64,000 bases of DNA from Eledone cirrhosa (GCA_964016885.1 OZ024740.1:106392001-106456000); one strand, 5' to 3'. Counted from the stretch's first letter, positions 15,001-29,250 are shown. Numbers and translations are program-made. The notes: generated by a model not told the origin, from the letters alone.

Positions 15001-18000
15001 TTAGTGGTTTATAAAGTCACCCCTGCTAAATAACAACTACCATCATGTGTAAGGCAGTGGTTTATAAAGTCACTTTTGCTAAATAACAACTACCATCATG
15101 TCCAAGGTAGTGGTTTATAAGGTAACTCCTGCTAAATAACAACCTCCATCATGTCCAAGTCAGTGGTTTATAAATTCACTCCTGCTAAATAATAACTACC
15201 ATCATGTCCAAAGCAGTGGTTTATAAAGTCACTTCTGCTAAATAACAACTACCATCATGTCCAAGGTAGTGGTTTATAAGGTCACTCCTGCTAAATAACA
15301 ACTACCTTCATGTCCAAGGTAGTGGTTTATAAGGTCACTCCTGCTAAATAACAACTACCATCATGTCCAAGGTAGTGGTTTATAAGGTCACTCCTGCTAA
15401 ATAACAACTACCATCATGTCCAATGTAGTGGTTTATAAGGTCACTCCTGCTAAATAACAACTACCGTCATGTCCAAGGTAGTGGTTTATAAGGTCAATCC
15501 TGCTAAATAACAACTACCATCATGTCCAAGGCAGTGGTTTATAAAGTCACTTCTGCTAAATAACAACTACCATCATGTCCAAGGTAGTGGTTTATAAGGT
15601 CACTCCTGCTAAATAACAATTACCATCATGTCCAAGGTAGTGGTTTATAAGGTCACTCCTGCTAAATAACAACTACCATCATGTCCAATGTAGTGGTTTA
15701 TAAGGTCACTCCTGCTAAATAACAACTACCGTCATGTCCAAGGTAGTGGTTTATAAGGTCAATCCTGCTAAATAACAACTACCATCATGTCCAAGGCAGT
15801 GGTTTATAAAGTCACTTCTGCTAAATAACAACTACCATCATGTCCAAGGTAGTGGTTTATAAGGTCACTCCTGCTAAATAACAATTACCATCATGTCCAA
15901 GGTAGTGGTTTATAAGGTCACTCCTGCTAAATAACAACTACCGTCATGTCCAAGGTAGTGGTTTATAAGGTCACTCCTGCTAAATAACAACTACCATCAT
16001 GTCCAAGGCAGTGGTTTGTAAATTCACTCCTGCTAAATAACAACTACCATCATGTCCAAGGCAGTGGTTTATAAAGTCACTTCTGCTAAATAACAACTAC
16101 CATCATGTCCAAGGTAGTGGTTTATAAGGTCACTCCTGCTAAATAACAATTACCATCATGTCCAAGGTAGTGGTTTATAAGGTCACTCCTGCTAAATAAC
16201 AATTACCGTCATGTCCAAGGTAGTGGTTTATAAGGTCACTCCTGCTAAATAACAACTACCATCATGTCCAAGGCAGTGGTTTGTAAATTCACTCCTGCTA
16301 AATAACAACTACCATCATGTCCAAGGCAGTGGTTTATAAAGTCACTTCTGCTAAATAACAACTACCATCATGTCCAAGGTAGTGGTTTATAAGGTCACTC
16401 CTGCTAAATAACAATTACCATCATGTCCAAGGTAGTGGTTTATAAGGTCACTCCTGCTAAATAACAACTACCGTCATGTCCAAGGTAGTGGTTTATAAGG
16501 TCACTCCTGCTAAATAACAACTACCATCATGTCCAAGGCAGTGGTTTATAAGGTCACTCCTGCTAAATAACAACTATCATCATGTCCAAGGCAGTGTTTT
16601 ATAAGGTCACTCCTGCTAAATAACAACTACAATCATGCCCAAGGTAGTGGTTTATAAAGTCACTTCTGCTAAATAACAACTACCATCATGTCCAAGGCAG
16701 TGGTTTATAAGGTCACTCCTGCTAAATATCAACTACCATCATGTCCAAGGCAGTGGTTTATAAGGTCACTCCTGCTAAATAACAACTACCATCATGCCCA
16801 AGGTAGTGGTTTGTAAAGTCACTCCTGCTAAATAACAACTACCATCATGTCCAAGGTAGTGGTTTATAAAGTCACTCCCGCTAAATAACAACTACCATCT
16901 TGTCCAAGGTAGTGGTTTATAAGGTTACTCCTGCTAAATAACGACTACCATCATGTCCAAGATAGTGTTTTATAAGGTCACTCCTGCTAAATAACTACTA
17001 CCATCATGTCCAAGGCAGTGTTTTATAAGGTCACTCCTGCTAAATAACAACTACCATCATGTCCAAGGCAGTTGTTTATAAGGTCACTCCTGCTAAATAA
17101 CAACTACCAATATGTCCAAGGCAGTCGTTTATAAGGTCACTCCTGCTAAATAACAACTACCATCATGTCCAAGTTAGTGGTTTATAAGATCACTCCTGCA
17201 AAATAACAACTACCATCATGTCCAAGGCAATGGATTATAAAGTCACTCCTGCTAAATAACAACTACCATCATGTCCAAGGTAGTGGTTTATAAGGTCACT
17301 CCTGCTAAATAACAACTACCTTCATGTCCAAGGTAGTCGTTTATAAGGTCACTCCTGCTAAATAACAACTACCATCATGTCCAAGGCAATGTTTTATAAG
17401 GTCACTCCTGCTAAATAACAACTACCATGATGTCCAAGGCAGTGGTTTATAAGGTCACTCCTGCTAAATAAAAACTACCAGTATGTCCAAGGCAGTGGTT
17501 TATAAGGTCACTCCTGCTAAATAACAACTACCAGTATGTCCAAGGCAGTGGTTTATAAAGTCACTCCTGCTAAATAACAACTACCATCATGTCCAAGGTA
17601 GTGGTTTATAAAGTCACTCCTGCTAAATAACAATTACCATCTTGTCCAAGGTAGTGGTTTATAAGGTCACTCCTGCTAAATAACAACTACCATCATGTCC
17701 AAGGCAGTGGTTTATAAAGTCACTCTTGCTAAATAACAACTACCATCATGTCCAAGGTAGTGGTTTATTAGGTCAATCCTGCTAAATAACAACTACCATC
17801 ATGTCCAAGGTAGTGGTTTATAAGATCACTCCTGCTAAATAACAATTACCATCATGTCCAAGGCAGTGGTTTATAAAGTCACTCCTGCTAAATAACAACT
17901 ACCATCATGTCCAAGGTAGTGGTTTATAAGGTCACTCCTGCTAAATAACAACTACCAGTATGTCCAAGGCAGTCGTTTATAAGGTCACTCCTGCTAAATA

Positions 18001-21000
18001 ACAACTACCATCATGTCCAAGGCAGTGGTTTATAAAGTCACTCCTGCTAAATAACAACTACCATCATGTCCAAAGTAGTGGTTTATAAGGTCACTATTGC
18101 TAAATAACAATTACCATCATGTCCAAGGTAGTGGTTTATAAGGTCACACCTGCTAAGTAACAACTACCATCATGTCCAAGGCAATGTTTTATAAGGTCAC
18201 TCCTGCTAAATAACAACTACCATGATGTCCAAGCCAGTGGTTTATAATGTCACACCTGCTAAATAACAACTACCAGTATGTCCAAGGCAGTGGTTTATAA
18301 GGTCACTCCTGCTAAATAAAAACTACCAGTATATCCAAGGCAGTGGTTTATAAGGTCACTCCTGCTAAATAACAACTACCATCATGTCCAAGGCAGTGGT
18401 TTATAAAGTCACTCCTGCTAAATAACAATTACCATCTTGTCCAAGGTAGTGGTTTATAAGGTCACTCCTGCTAAATAACAACTACCATCATGTCCAAGGT
18501 AGTGGTTTATAAGGTCAATCCTGCTAAATAACAACTACCATCATGTCCAAGGTAGTGGTTTATAAGATCACTCCTGCTAAATAACAACTACCATCATGTC
18601 CAAGGCAGTGGTTTATAAAGTCACTCCTGCTAAATAACAACTACCATCATGTCCAAGGTAGTGGTTTATAAGGTCAATCCTGCTAAATAACAACTGCCAT
18701 CATGTCCAAGTTAGTGGTTTATAAGATCACTCCTGCTAAATAACAACTACCATCATGTCCAAGGTAGTGGTTTATAAGGTCACTCCTGCTAAATAACAAC
18801 TACCATCATGTCCAAGGTAGTGGTTTATAAGGTCACTCCTGCTAAATAACAACTATCATCATGTCCAAGGCAGTGTTTTATAAGGTCACTCCTGCTAAAT
18901 AACAACTACAATCATGCCCAAGGTAGTGGTTTATAAAGTCACTTCTGCTAAATAACAACTACCATCATGTCCAAGGCAGTGGTTTATAAGGTCACTCCTG
19001 CTAAATAACAACTACCATCATGTCCAAGGCAGTGGTTTATAAGGTCACTCCTGCTAAATAACAACTACCATCATGCCCAAGGTAGTGGTTTGTAAAGTCA
19101 CTCCTGCTAAATAACAACTACCATCATGTCCAAGGTAGTGGTTTATAAAGTCACTCCCGCTAAATAACAACTACCATCTTGTCCAAGGTAGTGGTTTATA
19201 AGGTCACTCCTGCTAAATAACAACTACCATCATGTCCAAGGTAGTGGTTTATAAGGTCACTCCTGCTAAATAACAACTATCATCATGTCCAAGGCAGTGT
19301 TTTATAAGGTCACTCCTGCTAAATAACAACTACAATCATGCCCAAGGTAGTGGTTTATAAAGTCACTTCTGCTAAATAACAACTACCATCATGTCCAAGG
19401 CAGTGGTTTATAAGGTCACTCCTGCTAAATAACAACTACCATCATGTCCAAGGCAGTGGTTTATAAGGTCACTCCTGCTAAATAACAACTACCATCATGC
19501 CCAAGGTAGTGGTTTGTAAAGTCACTCCTGCTAAATAACAACTACCATCATGTCCAAGGTAGTGGTTTATAAAGTCACTCCCGCTAAATAACAACTACCA
19601 TCTTGTCCAAGGTAGTGGTTTATAAGGTTACTCCTGCTAAATAACGACTACCATCATGTCCAAGATAGTGTTTTATAAGGTCACTCCTGCTAAATAACTA
19701 CTACCATCATGTCCAAGGCAGTGTTTTATAAGGTCACTCCTGCTAAATAACAACTACCATCATGTCCAAGGCAGTTGTTTATAAGGTCACTCCTGCTAAA
19801 TAACAACTACCAATATGTCCAAGGCAGTCGTTTATAAGGTCACTCCTGCTAAATAACAACTACCATCATGTCCAAGTTAGTGGTTTATAAGATCACTCCT
19901 GCAAAATAACAACTACCATCATGTCCAAGGCAATGGATTATAAAGTCACTCCTGCTAAATAACAACTACCATCATGTCCAAGGTAGTGGTTTATAAGGTC
20001 ACTCCTGCTAAATAACAACTACCATCATGTCCAAGGTAGTCGTTTATAAGGTCACTCCTGCTAAATAACAACTACCATCATGTCCAAGGCAATGTTTTAT
20101 AAGGTCACTCCTGCTAAATAACAACTACCATGATGTCCAAGGCAGTGGTTTATAAGGTCACTCCTGCTAAATAAAAACTACCAGTATGTCCAAGGCAGTG
20201 GTTTATAAGGTCACTCCTGCTAAATAACAACTACCAGTATGTCCAAGGCAGTGGTTTATAAAGTCACTCCTGCTAAATAACAACTACCATCATGTCCAAG
20301 GTAGTGGTTTATAAAGTCACTCCTGCTAAATAACAATTACCATCTTGTCCAAGGTAGTGGTTTATAAGGTCACTCCTGCTAAATAACAACTACCATCATG
20401 TCCAAGGCAGTGGTTTATAAAGTCACTCTTGCTAAATAACAACTACCATCATGTCCAAGGTAGTGGTTTATTAGGTCAATCCTGCTAAATAACAACTACC
20501 ATCATGTCCAAGGTAGTGGTTTATAAGATCACTCCTGCTAAATAACAATTACCATCATGTCCAAGGCAGTGGTTTATAAAGTCACTCCTGCTAAATAACA
20601 ACTACCATCATGTCCAAGGTAGTGGTTTATAAGGTCACTCCTGCTAAATAACAACTACCATCATGTCCAAGGCAGTGGTTTATAAGGTCAATCCTGCTAA
20701 ATAACAACTACCATCATGTCCAAGGTAGTGGTTTATAAGGTCACTCCTGCTAAATAACAACTACCATCATGTCCAAGGTAGTTGTTTATAAGTTCACTCC
20801 TCCTAAATAACAACTACCATCATGTCCAAGGCTCTGGTTTATAAAGTCACTCCTGCTAAATAACAACTACCATCATGTCCAAGGTAGTGGTTTATAAGGT
20901 CACTCCTGCTAAATAACAACTACCATCATGTCCAAGGTAGTGGTTTATAAGGTCACTCCTGCTAAATAACAACTATCATCATGCCCAAGGTAGTGGTTTA

Positions 21001-24000
21001 TAAGGTCACTCCTGCTAAATAACAACTACCATCATGTCCAAGGCAGTGGTTTATAAGGTCACTCCTGCTAAATAACAACTACCATCATGTCCAAGGCAGT
21101 GGTTTATAAGGTCACTCCTGCTAAATAACAACTACCAGTATGTCCAAGGCAGTGGTTTGTAAGGTCACTCCTACTAAATAACAACTACCATCATGTCCAA
21201 GGCAGTGTTTTATAAAGTCACTCCTGCTAAATAACAACTACCATCATGTCCAAGGCAGTGGTTTTTAAGGTCACTCCTGCTAAATAACAACTACCAGTAT
21301 GTGCAAGGCAGTGGTTTATAAGGTCACTCCTGCTAAATAACAACTACCATCATGTCCAAGGCAGTGGTTTATAAAGTGACTCCTGCTAAATAACAACTAC
21401 CATCATGTCCAAGTTAGTGGTTTATAAGGTCACTCCTGCTAAATAACAACTACCATCATGTCCAAGGCAGTGGTTTATAAAGTCACCCCTGCTAAAAAAC
21501 AACTACCATCATGTCCAAGGCAGTGGTTTATAAAGTCACTTCTGCTAAATAACAACTACCATCATGTCCAAGGTAGTGATTTATAAAGTCACTCCTGCTA
21601 AATAACAACTACCATCATGTCCAAGGTAGTGGTTTATAAGGTCACTCCTGCTAAATAACAACCACCATCATGTCCAAGGCAGTGGTTTATAAGGTCACTC
21701 CTGCTAAATAACAACTACCATCATGTCCAAGGCAGTGGTTTATCAAGTCTCTCCTGCTAAATAACAACTACCATCATGTCCAAGGCAGAGGTTTATAAGG
21801 TCACTCCTGCTAAATAACAACTACCATCATGTCCAAGTCAGTGGTTTATAAAGTCACTCCTGCTAAATAACAACTACCATCATGTCCAAGGCAGTGGTTT
21901 ATAAAGTCACTTCTGCTAAATAACAACTACCATCATGTCCAAGGTAGTGGTTTATAAGGTCACTCCTGCTAAATAACAACCACCATCATGTCCAAGGCAG
22001 TGGTTTATAAGGTCACTCCTGCTAAATAACAACTAACATCATTCCCAAGGTAGTGGATTATAAAGTCACTCCTGCTAAATAACAACTACCATCAACTCCA
22101 ACGCAGTGGTTTATAAAGTCACTTCTGCTAAATAACAACTACCATCATGTCCAAGGCAGTGATTCATAAAGTCACTCCTGCTAAATAACAACTACCATCA
22201 TGTCCAAGGTAGTGGTTTATAAAGTCACACCTGCTAAATAACAACTACCATCATGTCCAACGCAGTGGTTTATAAAGTCACTCCTGCTAAATAACAACTA
22301 CCATCATGTCCAAGGCAGTGATTTATAAAGTCGCTCCTGCTAAATAACAACTACCATCATGTCCAAGGCAGTGGTTTATAAAGTCACTCCTGCTAAATAA
22401 CAACTACGATCATGTCCAAGGCAGTGGTTTATAAAGTCACTCCTGCTAAATAAAAACTACCATCATGTCCAAGGTAGTGGTTTATAAAGTCACTCCTGCT
22501 AAATAACAACTACCATCATGTCCAAGGTAGTGGTTTATAAGGTCACTCCTGCTAAATAACAACTACCATCATGTCCAAGGCAGTGGTTTATAAGGTCACT
22601 CCTGCTAAATAACAACTACCATCATGTCCAAGGCAGTGGTTTATAAGGTCACTCCTGCTATATAATAACTACCAGTATGTGCAAGGCAGTGTTTTATAAA
22701 GTCATTCCTGCTAAATAACAACTACCATCATGTCCAAGGCAGTGGTTTTTAAGGTCACTCCTGCTAAATAATAACTACCAGTATGTTCAAGGCAGTGGTT
22801 TATAAGGTCACCCCTGCTAAATAACAACTACCATCATGTCCAAGGTAGTGGTTTATAAGGTCACTCCTGCTAAATAACAACTACCATCATGTCCAAGGTA
22901 GTGGTTTATAAGGTCACTCCTGCTAAATAACAACTACCAGTATGTCCAAGGCAGTGGTTTATAAGGTCACTCCTACTAAATAACAACTACCATCATGTCC
23001 AAGGCAGTGTTTTATAAAGTCATTCCTGCTAAATAACAACTACCATCATGTCCAAGGCAGTGGTTTTTAAGGTCACTCCTGCTAAATAATAACTACCAGT
23101 ATGTGCAAGGCAGTGGTTTATAAGGTCACTCCTGCTAAATAACAACTACCATCATGTCCAAGGTAGTGGTTTATAAGGTCACTCCTTCTAAATAACAACT
23201 ACCAGTATGTCCAAGGCAGTGGTTTATAAGGTCACTCCTACTAAATAACAACTACCATCATGTCCAAGGCAGTGTTTTATAAAGTCACTCCTGCTAAATA
23301 ACAACTACCATCATGTCCAAGGCAGTGGTTTATAAAGTCACTCCTGCTAAATAACAACTACCATCATGTCCAAGGCAGTGGTTTATAAAGTCACTCTTGC
23401 TAAATAACAACTACCATCATTTCCAAGGCAGTGGTTTATAAGGTCACTCCTGCTAAATAACAACTACCATCATGTCCAATTTAGTGGTTTATAAAGTCAC
23501 CCCTGCTAAATAACAACTACCATCATGTGTAAGGCAGTGGTTTATAAAGTCACTTTTGCTAAATAACAACTACCATCATGTCCAAGGTTGTGGTTTATAA
23601 GGTAACTCCTGCTAAATAACAACCTCCATCATGTCCAAGTCAGTGGTTTATAAATTCACTCCTGCTAAATAATAACTACCATCATGTCCAAAGCAGTGGT
23701 TTATAAAGTCACTTCTGCTAAATAACAACTACCATCATGTCCAAGGTAGTGGTTTATAAGGTCACTCCTGCTAAATAACAACTACCTTCATGTCCAAGGT
23801 AGTGGTTTATAAGGTCACTCCTGCTAAATAACAACTACCATCATGTCCAAGGTAGTGGTTTATAAGGTCACTCCTGCTAAATAACAACTACCATCATGTC
23901 CAATGTAGTGGTTTATAAGGTCACTCCTGCTAAATAACAACTACCGTCATGTCCAAGGTAGTGGTTTATAAGGTCAATCCTGCTAAATAACAACTACCAT

Positions 24001-25975
24001 CATGTCCAAGGCAGTGGTTTATAAAGTCACTTCTGCTAAATAACAACTACCATCATGTCCAAGGTAGTGGTTTATAAGGTCACTCCTGCTAAATAACAAT
24101 TACCATCATGTCCAAGGTAGTGGTTTATAAGGTCACTCCTGCTAAATAACAACTACCATCATGTCCAATGTAGTGGTTTATAAGGTCACTCCTGCTAAAT
24201 AACAACTACCGTCATGTCCAAGGTAGTGGTTTATAAGGTCAATCCTGCTAAATAACAACTACCATCATGTCCAAGGCAGTGGTTTATAAAGTCACTTCTG
24301 CTAAATAACAACTACCATCATGTCCAAGGTAGTGGTTTATAAGGTCACTCCTGCTAAATAACAATTACCATCATGTCCAAGGTAGTGGTTTATAAGGTCA
24401 CTCCTGCTAAATAACAACTACCGTCATGTCCAAGGTAGTGGTTTATAAGGTCACTCCTGCTAAATAACAACTACCATCATGTCCAAGGCAGTGGTTTGTA
24501 AATTCACTCCTGCTAAATAACAACTACCATCATGTCCAAGGCAGTGGTTTATAAAGTCACTTCTGCTAAATAACAACTACCATCATGTCCAAGGTAGTGG
24601 TTTATAAGGTCACTCCTGCTAAATAACAATTACCATCATGTCCAAGGTAGTGGTTTATAAGGTCACTCCTGCTAAATAACAATTACCGTCATGTCCAAGG
24701 TAGTGGTTTATAAGGTCACTCCTGCTAAATAACAACTACCATCATGTCCAAGGCAGTGGTTTGTAAATTCACTCCTGCTAAATAACAACTACCATCATGT
24801 CCAAGGCAGTGGTTTATAAAGTCACTTCTGCTAAATAACAACTACCATCATGTCCAAGGTAGTGGTTTATAAGGTCACTCCTGCTAAATAACAATTACCA
24901 TCATGTCCAAGGTAGTGGTTTATAAGGTCACTCCTGCTAAATAACAACTACCGTCATGTCCAAGGTAGTGGTTTATAAGGTCACTCCTGCTAAATAACAA
25001 CTACCATCATGTCCAAGGCAGTGGTTTATAAAGTCACTCCTGCTAAATAACAACTACCATCATGTCCAAGGCAGTGGTTTATAAGGTCACTCCTGCTAAA
25101 TAACAACTACCATCATGTCCAAGGTAGTGGTTTATAAAGTCACACCTGCTAAATAACAACTACCATCATGTCCAACGCAGTGGTTTATAAAGTCACTCCT
25201 GCTAAATAACAACTACCATCATGTCCAAGGCAGTAATTTATAAAGTCGCTCCTGCTAAATAACAACTACCACCATGTCCAAGGTAGTGGTTTATAAAGTC
25301 ACTCCTGCTAAATAACAACTACCATCATGTCCAAGGCAGTGGTTTATAAAGTCACTCCTGCTAAATAACAACTACCATCATGTCCAAGGCAGTGGTTTAT
25401 AAAGTCACTCCTGCTAAATAACAACTACCATCATGTCCAAGGCAGTGGTTTATAAAGTCACTCATGCTAAATAACAACTACCATCATGTCCAAGGTAGTG
25501 GTTTATAAGGTCACTCCTGCTAAATAACAACTACCATCATATCCAAGGTAGTGGTTTATAAGGTCACACCTTCTAAATAACAACTACCATCATGTCCAAG
25601 CTAGTGGTTTATAAGGTCACACCTGCTAAATAACAACCACCATCATGTCCAAGGTAGTGGTTTATAAGGTCACACCTGCTAAATAACAACTACCATCATG
25701 TCCAAGGTAGTGGTTTATAAGGTCACACCTGCTAAATAACAACTACCATCATGTCCAAGGTAGTGGTTTATAAGGTCACTCCTGCTAAATAACAACTACC
25801 ATCATGTCCCAGGCAGTGGTTTATAAGGTCACTCCTGCTAAATAACAACTACCATTATGTCCAAGGTAGTGGTTTATAAGGTCACTCCTGCTAAATAACA
25901 ACTGCTACCACCATTTTCAATGCAGTGATTTATAAGGTCATTCTTGCTTAATAACAACAGCAACTACCATCATCA
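1..25975. repeat. 53-bp tandem satellite array, ~489 monomers (consensus GGYAGTGGTTTATAARGTCACTCCTGCTAAATAACAACTACCATCATGTCCAA); continues beyond the left edge
   Basis: Monomers start at 1, 54, ... 25865 (=1+488x53). Variation seen is substitutional. The last two units are degenerate. The ORF track has no ORFs here. Confidence 0.99.
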
Positions 25976-26074
25976 CTATTTTTCTTTAATATCATGTTCA
26001 CAAATTGATGATAAAACAATTGGTGGGCTGCGATATAAATGCTTAGTCTGAAAGAGACAACAGGGAGGAAACGA

Positions 26075-26215
26075 CCTCAGTATTTGACTGGTACCTCGAA
26101 GTGATGGAAGGAAAAGTCGGTCTGGGCGGGATTTGAGCTCAGGAAACGGCGATCCGAATAAATATCACAAGGCATTCTAACCGATGCTCTAATTCTAACT
26201 AAATCGCTGCTTTTA
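26075..26215 (-). mobile_element. Degenerate tRNA-derived Nin-type SINE fragment
   Basis: Reverse complement resembles CTGAGCTCAAATCCCGCC...CTTTTCCTTCCATC...GTACCAG of the other SINE copies. Confidence 0.55.
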
Positions 26216-27282
26216 CTACCATCACTGACTTAACTACAACCACCGTCATCATAACCCTAACTAACGCTCCCATTGCTCTCATCACCAACATCAACTCTAG
26301 ATAGATATAACTGATGTTATTACTAACGCCAACGTAAATCTGTCACCACCTCTACTATCGTTATCATCACTATCACCATAACCAACGTCACAACTGCGAC
26401 AATCACCATTGAAATCACTAACTACAATTATTAATATCACTCATATAATGGATGGTTATAAAATGATAATAAATTAATATTTAATGTTGTTGTTGTTGTT
26501 GTTATTGTTCTTGTTGTTATTGCTGCTGCTGCTATTATATTCAGTCGATGTAACCAAGTCCTGTCCTTCAAAACGAATTGCTGGCAGATAATGATATTAA
26601 ATAGAAACATAAGTTTCAGATTACATGTGCCTGATGAAAACTAATCCAGTCGACCATATCAGCTAACACTGTTATCCTTGTAACCTAACCTGCATTGACT
26701 AAAAGGTTAGAGGAAATTACAACTTGAAGAGAAATGTACATTCATTACACTAAATACGTATTGTACGTGGAACACCGTTGAATAGAGTGAACGGTGTGTT
26801 TCTAGGATGCCAAGTATATAATTTGATTTCAATTCTCGAATAAGGTATAATAAATTCATTTCATTTGTTCAATTAACGGTATTACTATGCTATCGGAAAA
26901 CTCATGAACAACACATTTCCATTGTTGTATTGCGTTCTTGAAACCTAAAATATAGAGGTTTTATTACAGAGATTCTCAACCTGCGCCTGTAAACACATTT
27001 CTGGGAATTAGTAAGCTAAGCTCATGATTCCAAGTACTTTGGTAAAAACATGCATAAGCTATAGAGTATCCATGGGCGACAAATATACACATATACACAG
27101 GGTCTCCAAGAGGAATGTTGCAAGGCAGTACAGGACCCTTTTGGAGCCCGAAGTAGGTAAATATTTTTCTCAAAATGGATGTTGCATGGTTACTGTGGGA
27201 CCTTCATGGCTCTTGGGCCCCGGAACAAAGAACCGGCTGGACCCCCGCCTCCTCACATAGGCCCTCCATATACACATACACC

Positions 27283-27430
27283 TCTGAGTTCAAATCTCGC
27301 CGAGGTTAACTTTGCCTTTCATCCTTACGGGGTCGATAAAATAAAGTAGCAGTCACGCACTGGGGTCAATTTAATCGACTTTCCCCTCCCCAAAAATTGC
27401 TGGTCTTGTGCCTATATAAGAAACTAATAT
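27283..27430 (+). mobile_element. tRNA-derived SINE with Nin-like central domain (5'-truncated)
   Basis: B-box-like GAGTTCAAATC, then CTTTGCCTTTCATCCTTACGGGGTCGATAAA; about a dozen related copies in the window. Confidence 0.85.
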
Positions 27431-27442
27431 AGATGGATAGAT

Positions 27443-28368
27443 ATCTTTCTTTATTTGCCACAGGGGCGTACAAAATGGGACTTTACAAGACGTGACGGCG
27501 GGGGTTTTACATAAAAATCATATAACTTTAACATTAATAAATAACAATAAACTATATATAATAAAATAACAATTGAAATCCCCAACAGGGGGGAACGTTA
27601 CTGCAGGATTGTTTTACACCCCGTGGATAGAACAACCCTCAACACCAGGAACACGTTTTGTAGGTGTTCCCGTCTTCCCTCTGTTTATCTTCCTCAACCT
27701 ACAGGTTTATATACAAAGAAGGCCCATTCACTCGGGCCATTTTCGCCACATTCACCAACCTTTCAGCGAATTTACTGAGGTGTAGCACCTCTCTCTCCAC
27801 TCTCACCTTCCTTCTGAAGTGGTTCTTAAAGAAGAGGATAAGTTGTTGTCCGGAGAGAAAGGTGTTTGCCCTCAGTCCTTTTAACCTCGTCCACCATATT
27901 ACCTCTTTCGCCATAGCCACCAGATAGAGGAAAACCGCCTCCCCTTCATTCTTAAATGAAGGCGGCGGGGTGATCCTCACGATAGACTCGGCTGACAACT
28001 GGATGCGTCCCACACGTGACAGTAGCTGTTCGACATAATTCAGCAGGTCGGTCACCCCTGGGCACTGAAAAATTGCGTGCAGAATGGTTTCGATGTCCTG
28101 CTCGCATCTTGGACAGGTCCTTTAGGCAGGATCTCTGCCAGGGCGTCCATGCCTGTAGATTTTGTCTCGAACTGATAGAGTTCCTCGGTAGCACTGCCAG
28201 GCCAGAGACCTCTGGAAGTTATCCATAGGCCCTGGACGGAAAGTTCTCCCGAACAGACTGGTCAGTTCGTCTTCCTCGATGCCTAGAGTTTCCCTGAGAA
28301 CGTCGTCGCACTTATCCTCCACTAATCCCCTATAGAAGTATCTGCTGATTGTCGTTTCCGCTTGACCC
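27443..28368 (-). mobile_element. 3' fragment of a Tx1/L1-clade LINE (ORF2 C-terminal zf-RVT-like region plus 3' UTR), frameshifted
   Basis: ORF pieces 28122-28322 and 27699-28055 (SLAWQCYRGTLSVRDK; LVAMAKEVIWWTR; RRKVRVEREVL). Ends ...GGCAAATAAAGAAAG. Flanked by (GATA)-type microsatellite. Confidence 0.75.
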
Positions 28369-28715
28369 AGATAGATAGATAAGTGTATTTGTATATGTGT
28401 GTGTGTATATGCCTATACGAATATATATATATATATATATGTGGGTCAGTGTATACATGACTACATATAAGTACGTATGTACATACGTATATATGTAGAT
28501 GTTTACCTGTGTATCTATCTAGGCATATGTGTGTATATCAACATATACATGTAGCATTGCTTGAATGCTGACGCCTATATATATGTGGGTATAAATGCAC
28601 TTCTACACGTATATGTCTGGGCGATTCTGGATCACACTGTATAAATGTGCGTGAGCGTGTGATCCGTAGCTATGTACCTAGCCTACCACTATTAACACTA
28701 TTATAATTACTGTTA

Positions 28716-28830
28716 GAAATCCCGCTGAGGCTTACTTTGCCTTTCATCCTTACGGGATCGATAAAATAAAGTACCAGTAATACACTGGGATAATTGCTGG
28801 CTTTGTGCCAAAAGTAGAACAATTATTATT
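28716..28830 (+). mobile_element. Nin-type SINE fragment (short-tail variant)
   Basis: AAATCCCGCTGAGG...CCTTTCATCCTTACGGGATCGATAAA...TAATTGCTGGC. Confidence 0.8.
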
Positions 28831-28839
28831 ACTTTAAAG

Positions 28840-29060
28840 GGTGGTGAATTGGCAGTATCCGTAGAGCGTCGGACAACATGCGTTGTTGCACAGAGTTACG
28901 GCCCTTTACATTCTGAGTTCAAATCTCGCCGAGGTTAGCTTTGCCTTTCCTCCTTGCGGGATGGATAAGATAAAGCACCAGTAATGCACTGGGGTCGCTT
29001 TAATCGACTCCCCCCCCCCTCAAATTACTGGACTTGTGCCTATAGTAGAAACAATTATTA
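28840..29060 (+). mobile_element. Near full-length tRNA-derived Nin-type SINE
   Basis: A-box-like TGGCAGTATCCGTAG, B-box GAGTTCAAATC, Nin-like domain, tail GTGCCTATAGTAGAAACAATT. Confidence 0.85.
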
Positions 29061-29250
29061 ATTTACTCCATCACGATATTTCATCACTTCATTTTTTCCT
29101 CCTATATATTTTCTTTACTGTATATGTTTATTTTTTCTAGTGTATTTTGTTAATATATATGTTTTCTACCACCATAATCGTATTTATATCTATACTCATA
29201 TCTACCACAGTTATTACCGTATAACTTCGCTACATTATATTGTTTTATAT

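Noticed and set aside
1-25975. CRISPR array or coding repeat
   Set aside because: Monomers are contiguous with no unique spacers, there are no cas genes and no ORFs, and the context is eukaryotic.
26625-26670. CTGATGA as a possible hammerhead core
   Set aside because: No GAAA after the putative stem II and no convincing stems I or III; at best a heavily decayed relic.
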